From NCBI GenBank assembly GCA_003644825.1, contig QNDJ01000001.1, positions 1-26,275 on the forward strand: DNA of 26,275 nucleotides, given 5' to 3'. Both the position numbers and the translations under genes were made by a program. Positions within the stretch are counted from its first letter, which is position 1. The number at the start of each line of letters is the position of its first letter. Shown one piece after another: positions 26,141 through 26,275 of this stretch. The DNA comes from Candidatus Zhuqueibacterota bacterium (lineage in GTDB: Bacteria; SM23-31; B21-G16). A model generated the notes under the pieces. That model ran no database searches. It was not told the DNA's origin and was given only the letters and a program-made list of their open reading frames with translations.

Positions 26141-26275
26141 CTTCATACTTAATGTTTTCTTTTCTTCTTCTGATTAAATAGTTGCATTTAATTTACAAGG
26201 ATTTCTCAGCCTTTATATACTCTTAATATTAAATTAAGGTATCATTAAAGAGCTCCGATAGAAGCGGTATATAAT

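Noticed and set aside
26200-26275. End of a convergent minus-strand gene, or a + strand promoter (TATAAT 26270-26275)
   Set aside because: All three reverse frames give only short open stretches at the window edge and no -35 is properly spaced; undecidable here.
1-26275. Recoding (selenocysteine, frameshifts), pseudogenes, tRNA/rRNA, CRISPR, IS or prophage
   Set aside because: All recognised proteins are full length with intact catalytic motifs under the standard code, and I saw no cloverleaf, spaced direct repeats, transposase or integrase.

Overview
AT-rich, gene-dense bacterial chromosomal window with 30 apparently intact CDSs, 29 of them on the + strand. I found no RNA gene, CRISPR array or mobile-element enzyme. 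From left to right it contains: (1) a minus-strand DinG/YoaA-family Fe-S helicase with an N-terminal JAB/JAMM domain; (2) a divergent unit encoding a fumarase class I beta subunit with no adjacent alpha gene, an exported FGE-fold protein, a hypothetical protein, a membrane-anchored alpha/beta hydrolase and a cyclophilin; (3) a tightly packed run of about 15.4 kb behind a near-consensus sigma70 promoter and a 10-bp inverted repeat, comprising a COG2403 P-loop protein (probable arginine synthetase ArcE), carbamate kinase, sucCD, ndk, yceD-rpmF-plsX-fabH-fabD-fabG-acpP-fabF-rnc, a VorCBA-type 2-oxoacid:ferredoxin oxidoreductase and an acyl-CoA dehydrogenase; (4) a single-domain NifU/Nfu protein; (5) a succinate:quinone oxidoreductase operon in the order sdhD-sdhC-sdhA-sdhB with a probable diheme anchor, followed by an unrecognised 217-aa basic protein; (6) a short 9-nt-period repeat remnant. 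Together these suggest (inference) an anaerobic or facultative, amino-acid-catabolising bacterium. The yceD..fabF-rnc order preceded by sucD-ndk resembles FCB-type lineages, but this placement is low confidence. The best leads are the putative bacterial arginine-synthetase module placed ahead of sucCD-ndk, the VOR/ACAD module attached to the fab operon, the JAB-DinG fusion and the orphan gene after sdhB. All calls come from motif recognition by eye; no searches were run.
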